A stretch of 64,000 bases of DNA from Sminthopsis crassicaudata (taxonomy: Eukaryota), in contig NC_133620.1 of assembly GCF_048593235.1 (NCBI RefSeq), positions 372,153,261-372,217,260 on the forward strand, in the 5' to 3' direction. This document shows, one piece after another, positions 37,001-46,883 of the stretch (within the stretch, counting starts at the first letter, position 1; every line of letters starts with the position of its first letter). The notes beneath the pieces were generated by a model. The model was not told the origin of the DNA and ran no database searches. It saw only the letters and a program-made list of their open reading frames with translations. The position numbers and the translations under genes were made by a program.

Positions 37001-37390
37001 GGGGCTGAAAAGTTGGGGAAAGGGGGTATTAACTAGTGATCTGGGGGGCTTAAAAGTTGGGGAAAGGGGGGGTGTTAACTAGTGATGCGGGGGGCTGAAA
37101 AGTTGGGATAATGGGGAGGGGTGTTAACTAGTGATGCGGGGGGCTGAAAAGTTGGGATAATGGGGAGGGGTGTTAACTAGTGATCCGGGGGGCTGAAAAG
37201 TTGAGGGCCAGGAGGAGGGGGCTCCGGGGGTCACGTGGGACCTGTTGTCTGGGCCAGTGGGCTCACCAATGGTGGAGATGTAAGTGCTGTTGAAGTTGTC
37301 CTCCGCAAATCGAATGATCAGACAAGTCTTGCCCACCCCCGAGTCCCCAATCAGCAGCAATTTGAAGAGGTGGTCGTAGGCTTTAGCCAT
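30028..37390 (-). CDS. RAB13: Ras-related protein Rab-13, 203 aa. Exons 37390-37267, 35984-35924, 31776-31716, 31020-30943, 30777-30688, 30506-30441, 30337-30287, 30108-30028
   Basis: GT-AG introns with consistent phases (612 nt). [22 protein letters not shown] (G1), WDTAGQERF (G3), GNKCD (G4), ETSAK (G5) and C-terminal prenylation motif CSLG. Confidence 0.98.
31030..31460. repeat. Complex (GA)/(CA) polypurine simple repeat abutting the RAB13 exon 4 acceptor
   Basis: About 430 bp of GA, CA and GAGACA units, seen directly. Confidence 0.95.
32990..33220 (+). mobile_element. MIR SINE (a second MIR lies at about 32690-32830 on the minus strand)
   Basis: gggcctggagtcagaaaaacctgaattcaaat...ttgggcaaatcacttaacctct CORE. 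Confidence 0.75.
35380..35585 (-). mobile_element. CR1/L3 reverse transcriptase remnant (other CR1-like pieces at about 32300-32590 and 34600-34860)
   Basis: Minus strand atccttatcaaatttccaggtgacaca resembles the CR1 RT LIKFADDT region. Confidence 0.55.
36861..37202. repeat. G-rich minisatellite, 8 units of 41-49 bp (aactagtgatctggggggctgaaaagttggggaaagggggt)
   Basis: Unit starts at 36861, 36905, 36946, 36987, 37031, 37077, 37126 and 37175. Confidence 0.97.
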
Positions 37391-38230
37391 GGCGGGCACT
37401 GGGCTGGTGGGGGTGGGGGAAGGGAGCCTGGCACCCAGACACGGCCCGGGGGCAGTGGGCAGACAGAAGAAGAAACCAGGGGCCCGGGCAGGAAGAAGTT
37501 TTCCTCCCTCTTTCCTCTGGCTCCGGGAAAGAGGGGAGGCGGGACCCTTCCCAGCCCCTCCTCCTGCCCGCCCACCCCGGCAGGGCTCCTCCCTCCCGGT
37601 CCCCCCTGCCCCATCCTCCTCCTCCTCCGACCCGCCTCCCTGGGCTCCGCGCGTTCCTGCCACTCTGGGGCGGAGGCGGGGGTCTGGGGATGGGGAAGGG
37701 GCCGGGAGGGGTGTAGAGATCTGGGGCTTCAGACGGAGAGGGGAGGAGCTGAGGGCGCCGCGGCCGTGGGCAAGCCCGGGACATGTCGGCGGGGAACGTT
37801 CGCCCTCTTGTGGGCAGAGACGCTCAGCACGCCGCCCCTGGGGTCCCCGGCCGAATCCCGAGTCGGGCGGGCCCGCGGGGTTCAGCACGTGGGACACCTA
37901 TCGGGTCTCTAATCGGGGAGCTCCGCCTATCGGCCCGGGCGAAGGAGTTTGGAGCCGCCACGTGGTGAGCTACTTTATCGGGAGATTGGGCCGAGGCTCC
38001 GCACTAATGAGATCGCGCTCATTTATTGGTTCTTTCCTTAAGTTTGTGCAAAGCTTGGCTCCGTTCCATGGCCGCGAGGGGGCGTTCCTGGCCCTCACCA
38101 GCCATTTTGTCAGTGTGTGCTGTTTGGCGCCTTGAAAATGGGGCGACAGGTTGCCCTGGGCTGCAGACTCCGTGTGTGGATGCGCGTCAGCGACACTCAG
38201 CTGTAGCATCGTCTTCTGTGCAAAGAACCA
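37210..38230. promoter_or_regulatory. RAB13: RAB13 CpG island promoter and 5' UTR
   Basis: High CpG density. GC boxes, CACGTG at about 37886 and 37959, and ATTGG boxes at 37985 and about 38025. Confidence 0.8.
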
Positions 38231-39021
38231 GTAACGTTAGTAGGGGCAAAAAGGCGCTCTGGGCTTGTTGTTACTATTCCCCTTTTGCTTTGGGTCCTCT
38301 CCGTCTCCCTTTGTAGCACAATTCCTGGCACCTGTCAGTCAGATGCTTAATTTTTTGCCCAATTTATAATAATTTCAGATTAGCAAACAGTGTACATATA
38401 TCGTTCCTTTTGAGCTGCATAACGATCAGGTGAGGTCCCCATTTTTCAGGTAAGGAAACATTCAGAAAGGCTGAGTGACACGCTATGGAAGTGAGTACCT
38501 GGATCAGGGTTTAAACCCGGGTTTCACAAATCCAAGAAGAGATTTCTAAGCACTATGACATAGAGATGTCATTCCATTTAAACAAAAAAACCAATAGAGG
38601 ACTCCCAAACATCTGCTCCACAGCTTAGTTCAGTTCAATAAGCACTGATTTCTAGGAAATGGGAAAGATTCCAAACTGAGATGAAATAACATTCCTTCCT
38701 CCCTGGAATTAAATTAATTTAACTTAAAATATTGTATCTGTTTTAATCAGCCAAGATCTACTTTCCTAAATATTCCCCTTAATCCCAATTGAGAAATTTG
38801 AGAAAAACAAACTCCATTACAAACATGTATAGTCAAAACAAATTTCCATATTGACTACGTAAACAAATTTTGCAGTTTTGGATCTTTACCTTTTTGATAG
38901 GAGGTGGATAATAGGTTTCATCATTAGTCCTCTGGAACCCTGCTTGGTTATTATGTTGGGGGAATCCCCAAAATACATCGGGGGTTCTAGGGTTTTGTCG
39001 CAAGTGCCTCAAAAGAATTTT

Positions 39022-39104
39022 TTTCCCCCTGAGGCTGGGGTTAAGTGACTTGCCCCGGGTCACACAGTTAGGAAGTGTTAAGTGCCTGAGACCAGATTTG
39101 TCCC
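39022..39104 (-). mobile_element. 5'-truncated WSINE1-like SINE
   Basis: 12-bp TSD caaaagaatttt at 39010-39021 and 39105-39116. Confidence 0.85.
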
Positions 39105-40231
39105 CAAAAGAATTTTAAAGCTTAGATAACTTCTAAATCAAGAGGCAAAGTTTTATTATAATTATAACTCTAATTAAAGCAGTCTAAATTCCAAGTGAGG
39201 AAGATAACAAAAGAACAGGAAATAAGCAGGTAAATTTATAGGAAAAATTGTTAGAAGTGGAATTGGGGAGTAGAGAACAGAGAAGAGAGCATGATAAATA
39301 ACATTGTGGGATTGGGGATCCCATGACTGATGGGAAGTTTGGTAATGGGGGCAACTCCCCCTTTTTTCTTTCATGAAACTAAGTGCTCAAAGTCTGAGGC
39401 CAGGTGTGAGATAACAGCCCAGACTTTTGGAAGACAAAGAAGAGACATCTTTGAAGGATAGCTTAGTGGAATAAAAATAATCGGGCTCAACTCCCTTTTT
39501 CTCACACCCATTCTCCAAGGCTGTGCCACATCACTCCCAACATTCCTAAAGGGAATCATTCCCAAGGACAGTGGCTTGGGGTTTCTGAAAAAAATTATTG
39601 GGATTTCTACTACTATTGGGGTTCCTAGTACTTCAATTATGCTGATGAGTTCATTCAGCACAATAATATTCTATCACATTTATATTGCTTATTGACCAGT
39701 TGATTGCCACCCTCACATTACTCTTTGCCACTCAAAAACTACAAATCTTTTTGTACATTTTAAAAGTTTGTTTTGTTTCGCAATGATCCCTCCCTTAATT
39801 TACCTTCCCTCAAATTCTTCCTCTCCTTTTTCTTCTATTTTCGTTGAATGACTTGTATTTCTATATCCAACTTTACATATTTACATTATTTCCTCTATTG
39901 ATCAGTTCAGATGAGAGTTAAGTTCAAGTGCTCATGCTTCTTCCACTCTTTCTTATTTGTATAGATTTATGTTGTGTATTTCAGTTATGTGAGATAATTT
40001 TCCCTCATCTTCCTTTCCCTCCTTCCCATCCCCAAGTGTATTATTCCTCTTTATCTCTTTAATTTTTTCTTATATCAAGATATAACAGATTCACTCCCAA
40101 CTTTCTTTCTAATTAAAGTTTATGATCCCTGAAAATAGTAGAAGATAGATTTGTATCATCTTTCCATATTAGAATATAAGAATTTTATCCTTGTTTAGAC
40201 CATTATGATTGTTTATATTTACCTTTTTATG

Positions 40232-40652
40232 TCTCTCTCTCTCTCTCTCTCACTCTCTCTCTCTCTCTCTCTGTTAAGTGACTTGCCCAGGGTCACACAG
40301 CTAGAAAGTGTTAAGTGTCTAAGCCCAGATTTGAACTCAGGTATGTTAAGGAACTCAATTTTCTTAGAGCCTCCACAGCTGTGGATCACAACACCTGAAG
40401 GAGTTGCAAGACAGCCTTTACTGAACAGGTGTTGTGGACTGGGGATGAGATAAATTGGAGGCAGAGGGAAGAGGAGAAAGGTCAGAGAACAGCAACAGCC
40501 TCTCAGTCTCCTTGTATCATCCTCTCACAAGAGGAGATCCATTCTGGGTTGGATCTCCAGCAGCCACTGTCAGGTGGCTCCCATGTATTACAACACAGGA
40601 ACTCCTGACTTCAGGGCTGATGCTCTACCCATTGCATTACTTAGCTGCTCCC
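40232..40652 (-). mobile_element. WSINE1-like SINE with a (TC)n tail, split by a solo LTR
   Basis: The SINE halves at 40274-40343 and 40596-40652 join collinearly. Confidence 0.85.
40344..40595. mobile_element. Short solo LTR (252 bp)
   Basis: TG...CA termini (tgttaagg...acaaca). Flanking 6-mers caggta / caggaa (5/6 identical) duplicate the SINE target. Confidence 0.8.
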
Positions 40653-40690
40653 CTTTTTATGTTTCTCTTTAGTCCTACATTTAAACTTTA

Positions 40691-40695
<5 letters not shown>

Positions 40696-40777
<82 letters not shown>
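40696..40777. repeat. Perfect (TA)n microsatellite, about 41 units
   Basis: Seen directly. Confidence 0.97.
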
Positions 40778-40781
<4 letters not shown>

Positions 40782-40949
40782 AAAGTTATACACATATACA
40801 TTCATTTTTTACATATTTCCATATGAGTCATATTGGGAACAAAAGGGAAAACAAGGAAAAAAAAGAAAAAAAGATGAAAATAGTGTGCTGTGATATATAT
40901 TCAGTTTTTTTTTTAGCTACTTGTGATATATTCAGGAAGTGACTGGTAC

Positions 40950-41632
40950 ATTCTTTCTATTTCTACTTTGCTCTCTATTTCTAAAAGATCTAAACAGTTT
41001 TCCTTTAGGATTTCTAGAATATATTTCTAAATATATGATGTCTAGGCTTTTATTTTTTTTGGGGGGGGAAGCTGGCTTTCAGATATTCCAATGTTTCCTA
41101 AATTTTTTCTTCTTAATCTGTTTCCAGGTCAATTGTTTTTTTTGTTAAGACATCTTCTATGTTGTTCTCCTCCTTCTCTTTCTTACTCAATATATAGCAT
41201 AGAGCCTGCCACTTCTACTCCCCACTCCTCTTGGACACAAATTCTCTCCTTACCCTAATGTGGATCTGTGACCCAGAACTGGGTGGGGAGAGATGGAACT
41301 TCTAGTTGGTATTTGTTGCCAGTCCTTGTGTGAGATCATGGTGCGCTGTTATGCCTTGTGTGAGATCATGGTGCCCTGTTATGTATGTAGGACCTCTTTT
41401 GCCCTTGTACCCAGACTTTCCTTCTGTTGGAATGTTCTGCAACCTGCTATGTTCCTGGTCAGAAGCTATTCCAATATCCACAGATCTCTTTATCTGACTC
41501 CATATGCCAATGTGGGCTGTAATTTTTTTTTTTTTTCTTGGATTGCCATCAAATGAGTTTTTTAGATTTTTTTGGAGGAATTTTGGCAAGGAATTCTACC
41601 TTCTTCCTGCTACTCTGCCATCTTGGCTATAC
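40950..41632 (-). mobile_element. L1 5' UTR/ORF1 remnant with an internal 30-bp tandem duplication (41324-41383)
   Basis: The minus strand starts agccaagatggcagagtag, typical of L1 5' ends. The duplication is seen directly. Confidence 0.6.
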
Positions 41633-43022
41633 TTCTGTAGGTAGTATAGCAATGTGTAATATATCCTATGGGTTCTTCCCTCAACTTGCAGTTTAGGGAT
41701 GGGTCTCTGGAAATCAGATTTTGCCTAAGATTCCAAAATCTAATCTAACTTAATATAAGAATGTTCTAATATTGTAACTCATAAATTCCTACCAGGGTGC
41801 TTTTTATTAATAGTCAGGTAAAAGACACAATTTGCTCAAAACAAATCCATTTACTAAGATGATGTTGTAAACAAAAAACAACAACAAAAAACCCCACAGA
41901 TCCTTCCTCCAATAAATCTTGCATAATATCCATAATATCCAGAGTGAGTACAAATTCATAATAGAATGGTAGGGAAGCACATACTATTAGAAATACTTAT
42001 CGCCAAGGCACCTAACTTACAACTCTGGTAATTGCAAGCTCTTGAATGCCTTTCCTTTAAAAAAAAATGTATTAAAGCTTTTTATTTTCAAAACATATGC
42101 ATGATTTTTTTCAACATTGACCCTTGCAAAACCTTGTGTTCCAAATTTCCCTTGTTCCCCCATTCCCTCCCTTAGATGGCAAGTAATCTAATTTATGTTA
42201 AACATGTGCAATTCTTCTAAACACATTTCTACAATTATCGTGTTAACAAGAAAAATCAGATCAAAAAGAGCAAAAATTAGAAAAAAACCAAAATGCAAGC
42301 AAACAACAAAAAGAGTGAAAATATTATGTTAAGCATGTATTAGTCAACCTGCCATCTGGGGGAAGAGGTGGGGAGAAGGAGGGGAAAAGTTGAAACAAAA
42401 GGTTTTGCAATTGTCAGTGCTAGAAAATTACCTGCGTACAATTTTTTGTAAAAATTAATTTAATTTAAAAATTTATGTTAAGTAAAGGAAATAAGCATTT
42501 ATTAAGGAACTAGCATTCTGCTAAGTGCTTTACAAATATCTTATTAATCCTCACAATTCTGAGAAATAGATGCTATTAAAATCCCCATTTCACAGTGAAG
42601 GAAATTGAGGCAGGCAGTGATATGCCATTCATTTAATTAACACTTATCAAGAGTGTATTATATGCCAGGAACTGTGCTAAATAGTATATGAGGACTGAGT
42701 GAGAAGAGATATGTCTGAACTTAAGTGTTGGTTTGGAGTTCATAGCCTCTTCTTTCAGTCTGAAAGGCAAAGGGTAGTGATAAGGTAGAATACCAAGTCT
42801 GGTGAGATATAACAGAATGATGAAATTATCCCAGTAGTGTACCTGTGGGGTCTGGTCTGTCCCATAATAGGACAGCCAGGTAAGAAATTAGTTCATGAAG
42901 CTAGTAAGTATCTAAAACCAAATTTGAATTAACTCTTATCTTCCCCTGACTCCAGAGCCAGGATTTTATCTATATAACCAGATGCTTCTGGGAAAAGAAT
43001 GGAATGATGTAAATCCTTCCCA

Positions 43023-43023
<1 letters not shown>

Positions 43024-43070
<47 letters not shown>
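43024..43070. repeat. (CA)n microsatellite
   Basis: Seen directly. Confidence 0.95.
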
Positions 43071-43075
<5 letters not shown>

Positions 43076-45029
43076 GATTGAGAGACTGAGACAGAGAGAG
43101 GTAGATACACACACACAGAATAGGGCGGGACCACAAATTTGGATGGGATATAATTCACAATTTGGGTCTGGAATTTGGCAGATATCTAGAGAAGATAAAC
43201 ATTCAGTTTACCTGGAGCAGGTAACATTCAGGTTACCTGTTTGGAGAAGAGGAAAGAGATAAGGTTGAAAAATTAGGGACACATCATGGATTGAATACTA
43301 GTAAGTTAACAAAGAAGTTTGACTTTGACTCTGAAGGATGTAGTGAGCCACTGAAGGATTCTAAGCAATCGAGATATGGCTAGATTTATGCATAAGGAAT
43401 ATGATTCTGATGGTAGTGGGAAGAATGATCTAGTAGGAATTATCACCAAAATCCCAGAAGAGTGATAATGAGGACTTGCTCTTAGGCAGTGGCAGTAGGA
43501 ATACAGGAGGGGCTAAGAATACGAACATATAGTACTTACCATATGCTAGGCACTGTGCAATGCACTTCACAATTATTATCTCACTTGATCCTTGGGACAA
43601 CACTTTGAGGTAAGTGCTATAATTATCCCCATTTTACAAGTAAGGAAACAGAGACAGTGACTTTCCCAAGGTCCCAGAAGTTAATGAGTGTCTGAGACCA
43701 CATTTAAACTCTGGTCTTCCTGATCCAGTCACACATAGTGTGCTACCTAGCTGCTTCCAATGTGAGAGAAACTGGGGAATTAGAATGAGTAGGACTTGAT
43801 CAATTGGCTGTAAGAAATCAAGGAGATGCAACAGAGATAGCAAGATTTTAAACATGAATGGATCAGTGATGATATGTTCCTTGTCTGAGTCTTTTTAATG
43901 TATACCTGCAAACCATTTTTAAGAATTGATGATACTCAAAAATTTTCTTTACTCATCTGTTTTATAAGCCCCATTTTGGATTATCATTTTCCTCTATTTT
44001 AACCTATATCTGAAGAGTATCCTCTGCATTGTCATCTAGTTTTCATTTGATGACTTCCAGTTATTTGAAAATCTGAAGGCACCCCATTCTACTTTTGGTC
44101 AACTTTGTGAAGTACTTTTTTTCAATGTCTACAATATATGTTTCCCTTCTCCACTAGCTCAAGGTACTTTTTCCACTGTCAAGCAGTTTGGGAAATTCCT
44201 TCCCTATATCTTATGTGTAATGTTCTGTTGTCTCCAGAAACTGTCGATCTCTCTCTGGGAGGAGATCTGCTGTCTTAATTCAGTCTCTAAGCCAGACTCT
44301 TCTTCCTGTAGAGAGCTGTCCCAACTCTGACCTAGAGTAGACTACTCCTCCGGGCCCAATGTTGTCTTCTTTTATCCTCACAGAGATTGTAGTGAGAACT
44401 CAACTGGGCTTGTGAGAAAATACTTCAACCAATGAACTTGTTCCTTTTAAAGGGGCATGTGAGAACTCAGGGGCTTAAAGGCTTCTTTAACTTTCTTAAA
44501 CTTCTTTTAAACATGTAAACTCTACCTCAGAAGATCAAAGGTGTAAACTCTCTTCAAAGGCCCAAACCAAGGGTATGAATTCTGAGCCAGAGAACTGTCC
44601 AGACAACCTGAATTCTCACCTAACATCAGAGAACTGTCCAGACAACCTGAGTTCTCACCTTGCAATCCTAACATCTCCCTCTTTCTTTTGATTTAGAACA
44701 TAGGGTGGTCATGACCTTGAAACATAAATCCATCAATATGGGAGGTATTATACATAATTACATAGATTACATAAACACATAGTAACATAGTAACATAACA
44801 CATGCTAGAAGTATGTAACAAATAACATGATCAAATAATCATAAATTGAGAATTTATACATGTCCATAAGTCCATTGTCCATTAGTCTCATCTTGTGTTA
44901 GGAAATCCAATGATTCCTGCTGGTTTTAAAGTTCTTTAACAATCTTCTTATTAGCCATGCTCTTTCATTGTCAGATGTTTCTTAGATTTCCTTCTTTGTT
45001 TTGAGGTCTTTCTCTTTTTCTGTCTTTCT

Positions 45030-45175
45030 CCGATGGACAAGGAGAATACGATTCATTGGCACCCATCTGATTCCTTCTCCTTCTGAAAAAATACAAGCAA
45101 GCCTCTCCCCCAGACAGTTAACCTATCTAATTTCCTTCTATTTACCACTTTCTAAATCTCTTCTCATCATCTGGA
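45030..45175 (-). pseudogene. Integrase C-terminal domain remnant
   Basis: Frameshifted translation LDRLTVWGRG..ACI..SEGEGIRWVPMNRI carries the WGRG and WVP motifs of betaretroviral IN CTD. Confidence 0.75.
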
Positions 45176-45399
45176 AATTACACTGCAGTTGCTTGCACTG
45201 GACACAGCCCTGTTGGTTTAAAAGGCCTGTATTCTCCCCAAGTGTAATCCATTTTTGCAATCTGATTGCCTTTTGGCTGACTGATTAGGTAAACCCTTTC
45301 TTCCATGTGATAGCTTTTCAACTGATAAATCACATCAGAGTCATGACCTTCTAAAGGCTCTTTGGGTGTAACCTCAGTTGCAATTATGTCCCACCTATC

Positions 45400-46883
45400 C
45401 TTTGATTGATATCTTGGAGCTGAGCCCCACTTCTCATTTCCCTGGGTCAATCTGCATTCTGAGGCCCAGTGAAAGCCTTTGTGACATTTTGGACATGGAG
45501 TTTTAGGTCTTCTTTCACCCTGTCTTCTCACTTTATTTCCATATCTACACTGAGCTCTTAGATGTCCAATTTTTCCACATTGGAAACATCGACGAATTTA
45601 TCTAGAAGTCCTTTGCCAAGGAGGACCCTGTCTTTCCATGTTCATCATAGTCTGGGTGTAAAAAGCACTTGTTCCTACTGTAGCACAGCGTCTTATGATC
45701 TCCTCTAAAGAAGCATCTTTGTCTAATCCCCATATAATTCTTTTGCAAATCTCATTGGCATTTTCCTTAGCCAGATGTCTGGTCATTATTTCTGTAGCTG
45801 CATTTTCTCCAATAGTTCTTTTGACAGCAGTTTGCAGATGTCCCACAAAATCCGCAAAAGGTTCATTGGGACCTTGCTCTATTTTAGTGAAAGCTTCCCC
45901 CCAATCTTTCTGTCCAGGGAGGGAACCCCAAGCTTTTATTGCAGCCTTAGAAATTTGCTCATACACTGTCATGGTATAATTAATCTGTTCTGAATTCTCT
46001 CCATACTGACCTTCACCAGCTAATTGCTCAAAAGTGAATTGTGTGTTAACTCCTATTTCCAAATTGCATCTGACTTGGTTCTTACATAATTCATGAAATT
46101 CCGCAAGCCACAAGATTTTGTCCAGGTTCTAAACATGTCCTTGCTATGAATTTCCAATCATTCGGGGTTAGGACTTCATAAGACAAACCATCTAGTAACA
46201 TTTTAACATAAGCTGATGTAGCCCCATAAAGGGTACAACCTTTTTTCAAATCTTTAATTTTATTCAAATCTAAAGGTGTATATCTTCTCCTTTTTTGACC
46301 TACAGAGTCAATATCTTCAATCACAGATATGCATGTATAAAATCACTTACATCCTGTCCTTCTCTCTTAGCTTTAACCAATGCTTTTTCTAATCTTGTCA
46401 TAGGTTGCTTAACAGGCGATTCTGTTTGTATTTCTGCCTCTTCCCCTCCTCCTTCTTGCTCCACCCCTGAAGGGTTAATTGAGGAAGGAGATGGGAAATG
46501 CTCCTGTTGCTCAGAATTGTACTTAACGTCATTGTTATCTGATTCATCCTTTTCACCTAGTTTAGTTGATACCTCCCCATTTTGCTCCTTCTTTTCCTTT
46601 AGAAGTATAATTTTTAAAGCCATTTGGATTAAATTGTAGGTATGAAGTGTATCTTTGAAAATTAAGTTTGGTTTGGAATTGTAGTGTTCACCTAATTGCT
46701 CTCCTACTAATTTCCACTCATCTAGATCCAATTCTTTTTCCAGAGAAAAACAAGGACATATATGACCTACACAGTTTTAAAAAGTTCAGTAATCTCCTCC
46801 AAAATTATAATCAATCCTTGGCTTTTCATAACCTTGGTAATGCTCTCTAAACATTTTCCTTGAACAGAGGGCATTTGCCCCAT
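45400..46883 (-). pseudogene. gag: Retroviral gag (MA-CA-NC), disrupted by stops and frameshifts
   Basis: Start MGQMPSV (MG myristoylation-type). LDLDEWKLVGEQL (beta-type MA), LTPNDWKFIARTCLEPGQ (CA NTD), major homology region IEQGPNEPFADFVGHL, and zinc knuckles CFQCGKIGHLRAQC and CPKCHKGFHWASEC. Confidence 0.93.

Noticed and set aside
36861-37202. CRISPR-like repeat array
   Set aside because: The units are contiguous tandem copies without unique spacers, in a vertebrate intron. It is a minisatellite.
37124-37897. 257-aa ORF extending RAB13 by 169 residues at the N-terminus
   Set aside because: It starts at GTG, has no Met before the real ATG, and is low-complexity G/P/R sequence from a CpG island, where stop codons are rare. 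Its C-terminal part is read-through into intron 1.
37961-37989. Possible ER stress element (CCAAT...CCACG) in the RAB13 promoter, suggesting control by neighbouring CREB3L4
   Set aside because: The spacing is 19 nt, not the 9 nt required for ERSE or the 1 nt of ERSE-II.
37389-38135. 248-aa plus-strand ORF antisense to RAB13
   Set aside because: The ATG is the mirror of the palindromic CCATGG RAB13 start. It is a GC-rich stop-poor frame with no recognisable domain.
42070-42460. Imperfect inverted repeat of about 100 bp
   Set aside because: It is explained by two diverged L1 3' end fragments in opposite orientation. It is intergenic and too mismatched to suggest a functional hairpin.
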